Below, piece by piece: positions 36,401 through 45,065 of a stretch of 64,000 nt of DNA (positions are counted from its first letter, which is position 1; each line of letters starts with the position of its first letter). Both the position numbers and the translations under genes were made by a program. Source of the DNA: a virus (taxonomy: Duplodnaviria; Caudoviricetes); the IMG/VR virus record IMGVR_UViG_3300035208_003115; one strand, 5' to 3'. Below the pieces are notes generated by a model. That model was not told the origin of the DNA. It did no database searches and saw only the letters and a list, made by a program, of their open reading frames with translations.

Positions 36401-38378
36401 AGTGAGCATATATATTAAGTGGTAATGTAGGGGGAACCGAACCGAGTGCAGCTTCTGCCGCAGAGGGATAGGAGTTGCGCCCATAAACCATAGCGAGATA
36501 GCCTGTATCACTTAGATACCACCACAAATTGGCATACTTATTAGGAAGTAAGTTTTGAAGTGTACCTGATCCGTTATCATATTGGGCATTAGGCCACTGT
36601 GTAACGTCTTCAACTTCGGTAAAGCCGGTTCCTCCATCTCTATACCAGACAGAGAATGTGTTAGCAATCGTAGGAGGGCCACCCACTGAAGTATCTATGG
36701 GAGAGATTATAAATTTAGTAGCTCGATCCCAGAGAGCTCCACCTGATAGAAGTATGTTTCGTGTTCCTGTTTCTCCTAGAATTAGGCCGCCGAGTCTTTC
36801 GTCTCGAGTTAGAGGGAAAGTATTATAGAATCTTTGCATAATCCCGCCGACTGCATCTTGAATACGCCGGGGATTATTAGAGATATAGAGTTCGTCGTCC
36901 ATTCTTGTAACATAACCAAGAGGGAAAATATCCTGATAGGTAATCTGGGTTGGAACCGAATAGTCGGTCGGGCCTGATCCCTCGAACAAAACAATTTCGG
37001 GATCGCCATCATTATAATCAACAGCAACCCATGTGACTCTCTGGTCTGTTAGTTCTGAAGAGGTGATTCCGTCCCAATTAGCGAATACAAGAGGGCTGGT
37101 ATCCTGGTCGTTAATGGCGATGGCCCCCGCACCAGAAGCGATAGCAATAGTCTGATTCCCTGCATCGGTTATTTCTCCACCACTTATCATTCCCGCACTA
37201 TAAGTATTAAACCAATCCATTAGGGTATTGCGTTCACTATTACTCGTATGGGCCAGGTTAACATTTGCAGAGCTAAGAGGAGTCGTGGGAATGCCGGCTA
37301 TATAGATAGAGCCATCAACCGCTGACTCGACTACATACGCTATGGTTTTTTGCAGATGGGGGGACAAAGGTAAGTCCCCCGTTAGTGCTCCCGGGGTTGC
37401 CCCAGATAAGTACATACGTGAGTTTGTCGGCCACGCACTAGTATCATAGCCATGTACAATTCCGAAAGTTGTGACAAAACCTTTTTCACCTACCGCAATA
37501 TCTTGAGTAGCAATACCCAAAATTCGGGCCTCAATAATCGAATCTGCGATAGCTTTTCTTACTAACTGAAAGTGGCCCGATACTCCAGAGGTATAGACAA
37601 CATCTCCATCCGAAATGGCCTCATCAGCTACAACCCGGATATAGTTTTCTTGTCCTATTTGTAGGGTTGGTCCGCCAGGCTCATCTAGAGCCAGGGTTTG
37701 GTGCTCAGAGTCCCAGTAGATTCTACCCGGGACACCACTTGTCCCCACTTGAGGAGATTGGTTAAAGATAATTCTATCAACAGTTAGAAGATTGTCTCCC
37801 AAATCAACATCTTGGGAAGCACCTGTATAGGGGATATAAATAGATGCTATCTCGCCAGACGAGAGGGCTCCTACTTGGTCCGCTGTTACCTCATGCGGGT
37901 TATCGGTATCTGTCGTGTGTTCGGTATAGGTGTCGGTTGTTATGACCGGATTATTAATCGTAGGAGGATAGGCCGCGTGAGATATGGCAAGCCATTCATC
38001 TAGGCTCAAATGGTAGAACTGGTCTATATCTGGCCAGGCTCCACCTTGTTTATTTTGCAGGTCATTATGATCGTGAGTATGCAGGTCTGTATTGCTTCCA
38101 TCTACGAGAGGAGTAAGACTTATGTCCCCGGTTGGGAGGGAAATAAAGAGGTCTTCAGCATATAGGCTATGGTCGCCCAGATTAACATCATTAAGAGCGC
38201 CAACATATGGAACATAGATGTCTTGAATTTCACCGGATGTGAGAGCCCCAATTTGTTCGGTCGTGACATTATGAGGGTTATCGAAGTCATTGATATGACC
38301 CGATAACTCAGCTTGCAATTCCGCGATGTCCTCAGGGGTTGTATCTGGGACGATAAGCGGGATCCACTCAGACGACAT
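30459..38378 (-). CDS. Giant tail fibre/adhesin with Gly-X-Ser/Thr collagen, YadA-like repeats and beta-helix
   Basis: NPHxVT.EQ.GA x2, Y.PY.GA..DV.LG x3, three GX(S/T) blocks, 16-aa repeats, C-terminal pectate-lyase-like pattern. Confidence 0.88.
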   Translation of the reverse strand: MSSEWIPLIVPDTTPEDIAELQAELSGHINDFDNPHNVTTEQIGALTSGEIQDIYVPYVGALNDVNLGDHSLYAEDLFISLPTGDISLTPLVDGSNTDLHTHDHNDLQNKQGGAWPDIDQFYHLSLDEWLAISHAAYPPTINNPVITTDTYTEHTTDTDNPHEVTADQVGALSSGEIASIYIPYTGASQDVDLGDNLLTVDRIIFNQSPQVGTSGVPGRIYWDSEHQTLALDEPGGPTLQIGQENYIRVVADEAISDGDVVYTSGVSGHFQLVRKAIADSIIEARILGIATQDIAVGEKGFVTTFGIVHGYDTSAWPTNSRMYLSGATPGALTGDLPLSPHLQKTIAYVVESAVDGSIYIAGIPTTPLSSANVNLAHTSNSERNTLMDWFNTYSAGMISGGEITDAGNQTIAIASGAGAIAINDQDTSPLVFANWDGITSSELTDQRVTWVAVDYNDGDPEIVLFEGSGPTDYSVPTQITYQDIFPLGYVTRMDDELYISNNPRRIQDAVGGIMQRFYNTFPLTRDERLGGLILGETGTRNILLSGGALWDRATKFIISPIDTSVGGPPTIANTFSVWYRDGGTGFTEVEDVTQWPNAQYDNGSGTLQNLLPNKYANLWWYLSDTGYLAMVYGRNSYPSAAEAALGSVPPTLPLNIYAHFKLIGRSTFKNGDPTFIAIDSAFSNTFSTSAATSHNNLGGLQGGTAGEYFHLTQAQASVVPSTPVGYNGMVLASNGTVGYWAAASTLLGTSGYSGASGVSGYTGVSGRSGYTGVSGRSGYTGTSGRSGYTGASGTSGYTGTSGQSGYTGISGTSGYTGTSGTSGTSGWTGVSGKSGFSGSGISGYTGVSGTSGFSGSGISGYTGTSGKSGYTGISGTSGQSGYTGVSGIAGASGYTGASGTAGASGYTGASGTSGYTGASGTSGTSGHTGVSGKSGWTGASGAVGASGYTGASGASGYTGVSGLSGYTGTSGQSGYTGASGTSGRSGHTGTSGASGEPGTSGYTGVSGRSGYTGTSGASGESGYTGASGTSGYTGASGTSGWSGTSGVSGFSGSGISGYTGVSGKSGYTGTSGYTGVSGTSGWSGYTGVSGTSGQSGYTGVSGLSGFTGTSGTSGHSGSGISGYTGTSGTSGWSGYTGTSGVSGKSGYTGASGTSGRSGYTGTSGWSGWSGHTGASGTSGYTGASGTSGLSGYTGVSGKSGYTGISGASGTSGHTGASGTSGYTGSSGASGLSGYTGISGTSGFSGSGVSGYTGISGRSGYTTGFPAYFDSTTSAGISNDGSVRFNDADIASVTYVYINSVGADGINYRDAFNNWGASSSSVKGYLYITDIDSATQNFSYFNVGAVTAYTTYIRLRVNSGHAFGTAPVNLNNIRLYFARTGNVGSQGTSGTSGTSGLSGYTGASGTSGYTGASGTSGLSGYTGVSGKSGYTGVSGTSGYTGVSGTSGKSGYTGTSGISGYTGASGSSGWSGYTGASGAIGASGYSGASGQSGYTGASGKSGWSGASGVVGASGYTGTSGIAGASGYTGASGRSGYTGASGAQGASGYTGTSGIAGASGYTGISGKSGYTGYSGRSGYSGSGLSGYSGYSGSGISGYSGYAGDLSLYVPYTGATDDVNLGSHSLELGSPEESTGYNKYQDLILDSIDSASIARRITHYWDGSWQPTDGISFGNGAGSNVKGSYPIAVGYQSGMNSEGNFLTAVGYQAAYDNVGAQVTAFGDNAAYGNSGYQSCFFGSGAGHGNTEHYAAMFGFQTGYNNTGGEPTLFGVFAGHNNTGGAAVHIGPSTGYENTGYFSVLAGIHAGYHNNGGYSTMIGSYAGESSMGGSASFFGSYVGRNNTGSSNSMLGVSTGYTNCGSNNVLIGNNTGSYNQGGYNTFIGHEINNSFNPNTSGDVTFDNTDINTTLSHVTITGHGFGSNDTWKLVKYTEGTASIPSLSDGQVYQVYIVDANTVSFYVNVAGTDYHGVQISDAGSGTGHTLTPQYEYSNVTCIGYGAEATASNQVSIGNGSVTSLLIGGVPLTGVSGYSGYSGAGTSGYSGYSGAGTSGYSGYSGAAGSGSSFAATAYVCKDGNDGNPTGPFLTINAAMTYLTTTFALSSTQHGLVIIMPGVYAEQIAVTSADETRYIDFIGGGQGDVIITSSSTPTVSITQAAAENKFTNLTIDQTGTSGLTDCAFSCTTCADVVLTHCRLTSTRRCTGDVTTNMTLRDCDISSTSAEHAQYMMVNMYGKMFNCYLHSTTMHWYDGRMINDIYGFMKNCTVDGGAGGSYAANAANSGCYIEGCEFWSKSYTFININGGTFINSYIKSDHTYNGGVPINAVNGGFFASCTIEQSGSSGSCVNIWGNGSAYGCNFVASSSSDRCVGYTGSTGVMISCVFLTGSAEYAITGNGGQIVTMGNCSMTAKLPENVYAKEATPRQNKAFFPGQGVGTASGGLGGFQAWFANPSNGAMVPSGVDLTDVNSVGQANSASEGSFVLYTTPATTNDDAGSYETGFDSCNSSYTWRVAIKFKLGSTTNIRFWAGMFPSTPMASATPSLDYMALRADTSASDSNFKFVNDNATGSPTVTDTGVAIDTGEHRLEIVKDIHPGSSVWFRLDDGTPTRVTATYPSNDVDWGLSAMVRTLADSAKSLYIGGMEVRYSY
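32209..32318 (-). repeat. Collagen-like block 3 (GYS/GAG)
   Basis: GVSGYSGYSGAGTSGYSGYSGAGTSGYSGYSGAAGSG. Confidence 0.85.
32745..33383 (-). repeat. About 13 tandem 16-aa YadA-head-like repeats
   Basis: Units such as GYQSGMNSEGNFLTAV and GSYVGRNNTGSSNSML. Confidence 0.8.
33579..34232 (-). repeat. Collagen-like block 2 (about 218 aa)
   Basis: Gly every third residue, Y position mostly S/T; exact 35-nt duplication at 33712-33746 and 33811-33845. Confidence 0.92.
34596..36137 (-). repeat. Collagen-like block 1 (about 514 aa)
   Basis: (GYT-GxS-GxS[-GxS])n with stereotyped GSG interruptions. Confidence 0.92.
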
Positions 38379-38390
38379 TAGGGACTCCGT

Positions 38391-38813
38391 TTAGTATTTA
38401 TAGAATGCGACGATGGTTCCGCTTAGAGGGGGAATAAGAGCGGGATTTGTGATAGAGATTATTTCGCTATCGAGGGTATAGTCTGTGTCTTGGATAAGAA
38501 GAACACCGCCTACAAATAGCATGAGACTTGTTGAAGGGATTGGAGCGTGTGCTAGAGTAAAGGTAGCATTGACTCCATCAATATCCCCCGTCGGAACCTC
38601 GCTCTCTACATATTGAACTATATCCCCGTTATCAACTGCGGCCTGTAGTTGGACTACTTGGCTTGCAAGGTTAGAAAACTCTTGGTTAATGACCGTCATT
38701 GCTTGTCTCATCTCTCGATGAGTCGATAGAGTCGTAATGTATTTAATGAGATATTCAACGGCTTCTGCGAGTCGCTTTATCTCTAAATCTTGTCGTGTGT
38801 TTACTGTGTCCAT
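38391..38813 (-). CDS. Virion structural protein
   Basis: Coiled-coil N-half; E.PTG.IDG.N.TFTL...P....L.LFV.G......DYTL beta-domain. Confidence 0.75.
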   Translation of the reverse strand: MDTVNTRQDLEIKRLAEAVEYLIKYITTLSTHREMRQAMTVINQEFSNLASQVVQLQAAVDNGDIVQYVESEVPTGDIDGVNATFTLAHAPIPSTSLMLFVGGVLLIQDTDYTLDSEIISITNPALIPPLSGTIVAFYKY

Positions 38814-39079
38814 TAGCTTGCTCCAGTTGCCTTGAGAATAATCCGAACTATAATCTCGGCGATTATAGCAACGACACCACCGGCAATGGCTCCATAGGCA
38901 AAAATCTTAGCCTTGAGTACTTCAAACTCTGTTCGAAGTTTGGAAAGGGAGGTTTTGACTCCCGCTTCACCGTTGATTTCTTTGTCATGCCGTTCCAATT
39001 CGGCAAGCACCAACCGCTGGTACATGAGCCAGCCGTTGCTGTGGCCATTACTCTCGTTATCCGGTTTGTCGGGTGGCAT
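38813..39079 (-). CDS. Small membrane protein (coiled coil plus C-terminal TM; holin/XhlA-like)
   Basis: C-terminal IFAYGAIAGGVVAIIAEIIV. Confidence 0.6.
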   Translation of the reverse strand: MPPDKPDNESNGHSNGWLMYQRLVLAELERHDKEINGEAGVKTSLSKLRTEFEVLKAKIFAYGAIAGGVVAIIAEIIVRIILKATGAS

Positions 39080-39129
39080 AGGTATGGGTCCATTGTTAGT
39101 CGGTATCCAGACTATAGAGTGTAAAGCTG

Positions 39130-39327
39130 TTATTTCTTACCAAGCGAAGAGGACTTCTTTTCGATAAAGTATGTCCGAATCAGCTCGTTACATTGAGCCT
39201 GTTCATCCTTTTTCTCTGCTCCCCTTGGCATATGCTCGCAGTTGTTGCTACAGATATGCTTTAGAAGATTTTTGAGTTTAGGGATACTCGACTCTTCTTG
39301 GCTAGAATAAGTTATAGTGGAGTCCAT
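39130..39327 (-). CDS. Hypothetical protein
   Basis: SD GAGGG; C...C...C pattern. Confidence 0.5.
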   Translation of the reverse strand: MDSTITYSSQEESSIPKLKNLLKHICSNNCEHMPRGAEKKDEQAQCNELIRTYFIEKKSSSLGKK

Positions 39328-39346
39328 TTAAAAACCCTCATTCGTA

Positions 39347-40837
39347 TTAAGAGATTTTAGTCGCTCTAATCGTTGTACGAACATATGTATATTCCGGGTT
39401 CGAACACGCGACATAAGGCGCAAGATAGACGGGAGTGCTGTCCGCCGCGATAGCGATTGTGAATGGTCCGGTAATGAGCCAATCATTTGTTACAGGTGTA
39501 GGAAACTGATGTAGAACTTGACTATTTCCTGGCCAGAACTGACCCAGAACTACGGTGCCCGATGCATTTGCTGGTACGCTCGGAAGATTTGAACCATTGC
39601 TCGCGGCCCATTTATAACTTGTTCCAGTATAATTGGGGTCGCCAGAACCGGGCGCCAGATTTGAGAACTCTATGGATCCTTCCATTTCCCATGTGCCCGT
39701 ATTTAGTGACACATAGTTATCTCCTGATATCTCAGCCCAGAATTGACAATCGGTAGTGAAGTTACTCTCTGCATAGGTCTTATCTAGAGAGAGAGGACCG
39801 ACAATATTGTCAGCATAGACGTAATCTGCATAGATGTTATTGGCGTGAACTTCGTTCCATGGATTGCCCGAGGCTCCCACTTGTACACTCGCACTATCGG
39901 GGAGAATACTGGCGTCAACTAATACCTCTCCAGATGTAATGGCGATAACCTCTACGCTATCAACGAGAACTCGAGTTCTTTCTTCAGAAGCAAGAACTAG
40001 TGTATTATTATCCCCGACAAGAGAAACGGCGGAGCCAGCAGACACGACTACGTTTCCAGAGCCATCAGATACTGCGGCCGCCTGATCTGTAAGAAGGGAC
40101 AAACTACTCAGAGATTGTATCCCATTCATACCCGTGTCAGTGATTGCTTTGATACCGGGAGCAACGTCTAGAACATCATCAACACCAGTAGCTCGAATGA
40201 GGTGATGCATTGTCTGGGTCCCCGTAACAGAAACCTGACCAGAAGGCAATGCGGGATATCCACTGATATCTGCTCGTAGTTCATTGATAGCAGCGGTTAC
40301 AGTTTGAGCGGTAGTATTTAGGGTCGTAGTTCCCATCTGCGTTTGTAGAACAGCAATGGCTGACTGGGCGTTTACAATATTAGCCTCAGCTGCATCGAGA
40401 TCCGTTCCAATGGTAGAGATGGTAGACTCGAGAGTAGCATGGGTCATCGTGCCTATATTTAGGAGATCGCCATGGTTTAGGCTTGATAGGTCTAGCTTTC
40501 CAATGGAGATGGATGCATCCGGGGCAAAATTGGCATCGGAAAGGCCACTAAGGGAATTAATGACAAGCTTATCACCGGTGATTGAATTATCTGTAATTTT
40601 AGAACCAGGAAGTGTCTCTTCCTGAATAATAAGACCAGAGATACTATTGTTGTCAAAGTCAAGACTCGTAAAAACTGACGCAGGAATAGCCTCGAGAACT
40701 GCGATCCGGTTGTTAAACCCGACCACATCCCGGGATAACTCGATAAACATGTTATCGATCTTGTTGACATCGGAGAATCTATCCCCGACCCCAGCACGAT
40801 AAATCCCTAGTAGTTTGCGATAGTTAAAGTTAGGCAT
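39347..40837 (-). CDS. Putative fibre/whisker protein
   Basis: SI.G.K repeats, coiled coil, L.TTAQT..AAINEL motif, P.....VG.SG.PW.EV.A motif; 10 SG. Confidence 0.75.
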   Translation of the reverse strand: MPNFNYRKLLGIYRAGVGDRFSDVNKIDNMFIELSRDVVGFNNRIAVLEAIPASVFTSLDFDNNSISGLIIQEETLPGSKITDNSITGDKLVINSLSGLSDANFAPDASISIGKLDLSSLNHGDLLNIGTMTHATLESTISTIGTDLDAAEANIVNAQSAIAVLQTQMGTTTLNTTAQTVTAAINELRADISGYPALPSGQVSVTGTQTMHHLIRATGVDDVLDVAPGIKAITDTGMNGIQSLSSLSLLTDQAAAVSDGSGNVVVSAGSAVSLVGDNNTLVLASEERTRVLVDSVEVIAITSGEVLVDASILPDSASVQVGASGNPWNEVHANNIYADYVYADNIVGPLSLDKTYAESNFTTDCQFWAEISGDNYVSLNTGTWEMEGSIEFSNLAPGSGDPNYTGTSYKWAASNGSNLPSVPANASGTVVLGQFWPGNSQVLHQFPTPVTNDWLITGPFTIAIAADSTPVYLAPYVACSNPEYTYVRTTIRATKIS

Positions 40838-40852
40838 GACATCTCCATATAT

Positions 40853-40860
40853 ATTCTAAC
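40853..40860 (-). promoter_or_regulatory. GTTAGAAT motif (candidate late promoter)
   Basis: ACTCGTTAGAAT, 15 nt upstream of the 40837 start. Confidence 0.5.
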
Positions 40861-40864
40861 GAGT

Positions 40865-43558
40865 TTACGAGATTTTAACTCTGTAACTTTGAAGTTTGGG
40901 CGTAATATCCTTGTTATTGGATTTAAGGACCGCCTTAAACCGGATTTGTTTGTGGGCTTCTGTATCTTGGGTGCTGTGGTAGGAGAACTTAATAATGCTT
41001 CTCTCGTCTTCTCGGGGGGTAGACCTGACATCAAGAAGGTTTACATAGGGATCCAAGCTGGAATTACCTACGATTTTGAAGTAAAGCTTGGGCATGACGC
41101 AGCCAGTCATGTCAATTTCTGTTCCATCATAGACCGGGAGAACCTGAGGGGTCTCATCGGAGAAGCTGCTATGGGCGGTATAGGCCTGGGACGGCGTAGC
41201 GTAGCATCCATCTTGAATGGTTGTCCATTCATGGCCAGCCGGCAGATATATCGGTTCCGTATATAGGGTATAATTAGTCTTAAAGATAGGCGGGAACAAT
41301 TTATATACCGCGTTACTTAGGTCTATTTTGGAACCCGTAATAAAGTAGACCTTGATATACCTCGCATAAACGGGGGTATCAAAGATAGTTGCACCGAAGA
41401 GCTCCATTCCCCCTGCTGGTAATTCAATATCTGGGCTGACTACAGTATAATCTATTCCGTCCATAGAGGCATAGACCCTGAAAGAAGTAGGAACCGATGT
41501 ATCAAGGGTAATCTGGAACTCGTTAACCCAACGCGGATTAACAACTTCGGGAGGACCCGGCTCTACGTCGGTGGCGAATTCCAAAAATGCACCAGCATTG
41601 ATTAGGCCGGATGGCGAGGTTACTGACATCGAGGCTCTAGAAAGGGGAATATCTGAACTTAGATATGATCCATCCCCGCGCTCTCCCGGCTCGAAAGTCT
41701 CGGCATAATCAGTTGTAAGATCCTGAAGCTTATAGGTCATAGGATTAATGATGACCTTGCCCATTTCTTGGTTATAGGTAAAGATTCCCAGGTTGTTATC
41801 TTCATAATCATTATAGAATTCAAACGGGGAAACATATCTCATATTCCAGGCAAAGTATTTATCGCAATTCTGGGAAATCTCTGCCTGATGTTGATATAGG
41901 TCATCTGTCGCTATCTGGTGAAGACCGTTACTGAGAGATACAATTCCATTAACCTTTTTACCATCAAGGATAAGAGGAGTTGCACCAAAGTCGATAGATG
42001 AACCTGCCTCATTATTTATTAGAACATTTGTAACGAAGTAGTCTTCTCCCAATCCGGATGGAGGGACTCTATACCCCGCGTTATTTTCGTATCCCGAATC
42101 GACCTCGATTCCCTCGTTCCTATATACTGATAGTGTCTGGGCAATCGTATCTCCATACTCAAGATTAATGGGGCTAATTCCCGAGATGTCAGAGGTGAGG
42201 TCTGATACTTCAATTGTTAGTCTCCCAGACTCTAAAGCCCACTGATGAAGGCCCGAAACGTCCGCAGTGCTGATCTCTGATTCGTTCGTCCCAAATGATC
42301 CCAAGTCTACAATCTTTGAGTATTTAATATTATCTACATTCGTTGGAGTAATGGGGATATCATTCTCGGCCCCAAGATTACCAGAGACAGTAAGGAAGTA
42401 TTCAATATCGGTGTCTACTGGTTTACTTTCGCATACTTCACACGCGACACGCCCGATTGGCCTATCTACATCTGGGAATGTAATGGGGATTGAATATAGT
42501 GTATCTCCGCCCACGGCATCGCTATACTGCGTGCGGATAAAGTTTATATTCTGGAATCCGATAACGAAGGTATGCCCATTATCTGGAACGTTTTTAGTAA
42601 TTAGGAAACGAAAGTGGGTAGCATATACGGTGTTGAAGCTAAGAGAAGCTGCTTGAGTCACGTATAGCGGGTTTGATGGGCTTGGTGCCTCTAGATACGA
42701 AGTCCCATCTTGGGAGTAGAATACCTGAACTTGTAGTTGGTTGTTATAGTTCGACATCTTCGTCTGGAATTCTACCCGGTTGATAGCAATCGGATCGAGC
42801 GGAGATACCCGAACGGTGAGTTGAGCAACCATGGGGTCGGAGTTTGTAGTCGTTATTTCCCGCTGCCAGGCTACTGCTTTGTTATTAAAGATGTCATTAA
42901 GCTCAGCTTGACTAAGAGAAACAACCGATAGGGTTGGATTTAGAACGGAGAAAGATATCTCTGTCGGTCTATTCTGGAGAAATTGTAGATTAATAACCTC
43001 ATCGGCCCAACCTATCCCCGGGATACCCGTTTCGGTATCTCTTGATAGCTCAACCTCTCCAGAGTCCACGTTAACCATAGCCGTTGTTTGATGCGTGGTG
43101 TCATAGGAAACTTTACTCTTATCATCAAAGGTATCGAAGAAAGAGTAGAGGAACCCATCTGTGTTATTTGCCAGTAATAGAAGGTTCTCAATACGGCCCA
43201 AAAGCTTGTTGACTCTAACTCTAATAAGATTAGCAGTCATCATGTATACGGCCAAACGGTCTGTTAGTGTCTTGGCATTGCTGATGAAGTCTCGGTATAA
43301 GATCTTAATATCTTCTGCGGCCGATGACTGGGTCAGATTCCACTTATTGAAATCTGACGGCTCCCGATAGGACAGATCTGTCTTTTCCCAGAGAGGTGTA
43401 TTTACAACGTATTCATCAGCTACTACATTGTAGTAGTCGGAAAGTTGACTAGATAGTTCACCCTCAACAACCAGGGTATCCGGTATCTCGCCATTTAGGA
43501 GATATCTCTTTATAATATTATCTGTTCTGATTGCCAGACGTTCCGATGAGACAGACAT
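40865..43558 (-). CDS. Baseplate/tail structural protein (paralog 1)
   Basis: Helical N-terminus, discoidin-like beta domains, C-terminal IRFKAVLKS....TPKLQSYRVK. Confidence 0.75.
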   Translation of the reverse strand: MSVSSERLAIRTDNIIKRYLLNGEIPDTLVVEGELSSQLSDYYNVVADEYVVNTPLWEKTDLSYREPSDFNKWNLTQSSAAEDIKILYRDFISNAKTLTDRLAVYMMTANLIRVRVNKLLGRIENLLLLANNTDGFLYSFFDTFDDKSKVSYDTTHQTTAMVNVDSGEVELSRDTETGIPGIGWADEVINLQFLQNRPTEISFSVLNPTLSVVSLSQAELNDIFNNKAVAWQREITTTNSDPMVAQLTVRVSPLDPIAINRVEFQTKMSNYNNQLQVQVFYSQDGTSYLEAPSPSNPLYVTQAASLSFNTVYATHFRFLITKNVPDNGHTFVIGFQNINFIRTQYSDAVGGDTLYSIPITFPDVDRPIGRVACEVCESKPVDTDIEYFLTVSGNLGAENDIPITPTNVDNIKYSKIVDLGSFGTNESEISTADVSGLHQWALESGRLTIEVSDLTSDISGISPINLEYGDTIAQTLSVYRNEGIEVDSGYENNAGYRVPPSGLGEDYFVTNVLINNEAGSSIDFGATPLILDGKKVNGIVSLSNGLHQIATDDLYQHQAEISQNCDKYFAWNMRYVSPFEFYNDYEDNNLGIFTYNQEMGKVIINPMTYKLQDLTTDYAETFEPGERGDGSYLSSDIPLSRASMSVTSPSGLINAGAFLEFATDVEPGPPEVVNPRWVNEFQITLDTSVPTSFRVYASMDGIDYTVVSPDIELPAGGMELFGATIFDTPVYARYIKVYFITGSKIDLSNAVYKLFPPIFKTNYTLYTEPIYLPAGHEWTTIQDGCYATPSQAYTAHSSFSDETPQVLPVYDGTEIDMTGCVMPKLYFKIVGNSSLDPYVNLLDVRSTPREDERSIIKFSYHSTQDTEAHKQIRFKAVLKSNNKDITPKLQSYRVKIS

Positions 43559-45063
43559 TATAGGTCCTCACGGGTTATTACTTGCAGGTCTAATCTTCTT
43601 AGAACCGGGGAGTAGAAGGGGATTAGATTAGGATCAAGGATAAGGTCTGGGTTCTTCTGCATGCTAACCCGATATCGGACCGCATTAGACTCTATCGTAG
43701 AGTTGAGATGATCGACCCCCTCTGTTAGCCCACTTCCGTCTACAGAGTTTACATACATAACTTCGGGATATAGCCCCGCTCCACCCATATAAGAAGGGGA
43801 CATTTCTTTCCAAGTCATTCCGCCATCGACAGAGATTTCGTGGTTTATCTCTGCCCCATTAGTATTCTCTCCATCTTCATACGCCAATCTTGGGAATTCG
43901 TTTGCGTCTATGAGGATCTGGGATATGCCCTGTGGAATAATATAGTCCTTGGAAACTAATTGAGACGAATCCGCATATTCTTTTCCTGCTATCTCGATGT
44001 TCTTAATCCCAATTGCCCACCGATATAAATCACGGATAGAGTCAAAGTATGGAGAAGTTTGCTCGATTAGAACATGGATATACTGCGCCTCCATTGGGAG
44101 GAAGCTATATCTGCCCTCTCCTGCATAATTACTCGTATAGGGAGCGAGAACAAACTGAGTATCGTTCGCCTCATCTGTTAGCAGCGCATCACGAATACTA
44201 AATAAGTCTATCCCGTCTGTCGATATATCGAGAGCGAGTATTTTGGGCCATGTTTTAGTTCCGTAATTATTGGGGACTATTCTTATATAGTTTATAATTT
44301 TGGGTGTCTTAAGTTTAATAGTAAAGTCCAGAACGAGTCTATACTCCTCGAACTCTGACGAGGTATGCTCGTACTGAAATAGATAAAAGTCTCCACTGGC
44401 TATCGTTTTCAGTAAAGAAGTATTGGCAAAGGCCGTTCCAGTACTGTTAACCGCCGAGATTGCAATGCTCTCAACATCTTCTTGTGTTGCTATTCCCTCT
44501 AGCACAGAACCCTTAGTAGCTAAGGTGATTATGCCTTGGACTGTATCAACGGCACATTCTGAATCCTGGACAAAGGTAGAGCCTATATCAAGTTGCGATA
44601 TATCATTGAAGTTTTCGACAAGTGTTCTCTTGTTCGGGTCTGTAGTAGAAGCATATAGCTCATAAGAGGCGAGACGAGCATTGGCAGATTTTAATTGTAA
44701 AAGAAGACCTTGAATATCTGCTGTAACATAGTTATGGTTATCACTAACCATCTTCCCGATTCGTTCTGCTTCTTTATATAGAGCCGTAAGATCTTGGCCA
44801 ACCGCGCTCCAAAAACTATTGTAATAGGAGGATGAGTTAATACTCCCATAGGGAATAGTCAGAACAGCTTCAGCCGTAGCAGAGTCCTGGAGACTATTAA
44901 GAAAATCCTGAATAGCCAACTGAACCGAGGACGTTAAATCTCCGCGAGATGAGTCATCTCTAACCGTGAATTTATTATCACGGATAAGCTGGTCAATCTC
45001 CTTTAGCTTATCCTCTAAAAGAGACTTAACTAGGGCGGATTCTTTGATTATGATTTCGGCCAT
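43558..45063 (-). CDS. Baseplate/tail structural protein (paralog 2)
   Basis: DL.ALY.EA, PKIINYIRIVP, IGIKNIEI, YSPVLRRLDL. Confidence 0.75.
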   Translation of the reverse strand: MAEIIIKESALVKSLLEDKLKEIDQLIRDNKFTVRDDSSRGDLTSSVQLAIQDFLNSLQDSATAEAVLTIPYGSINSSSYYNSFWSAVGQDLTALYKEAERIGKMVSDNHNYVTADIQGLLLQLKSANARLASYELYASTTDPNKRTLVENFNDISQLDIGSTFVQDSECAVDTVQGIITLATKGSVLEGIATQEDVESIAISAVNSTGTAFANTSLLKTIASGDFYLFQYEHTSSEFEEYRLVLDFTIKLKTPKIINYIRIVPNNYGTKTWPKILALDISTDGIDLFSIRDALLTDEANDTQFVLAPYTSNYAGEGRYSFLPMEAQYIHVLIEQTSPYFDSIRDLYRWAIGIKNIEIAGKEYADSSQLVSKDYIIPQGISQILIDANEFPRLAYEDGENTNGAEINHEISVDGGMTWKEMSPSYMGGAGLYPEVMYVNSVDGSGLTEGVDHLNSTIESNAVRYRVSMQKNPDLILDPNLIPFYSPVLRRLDLQVITREDL

Positions 45064-45065
45064 TG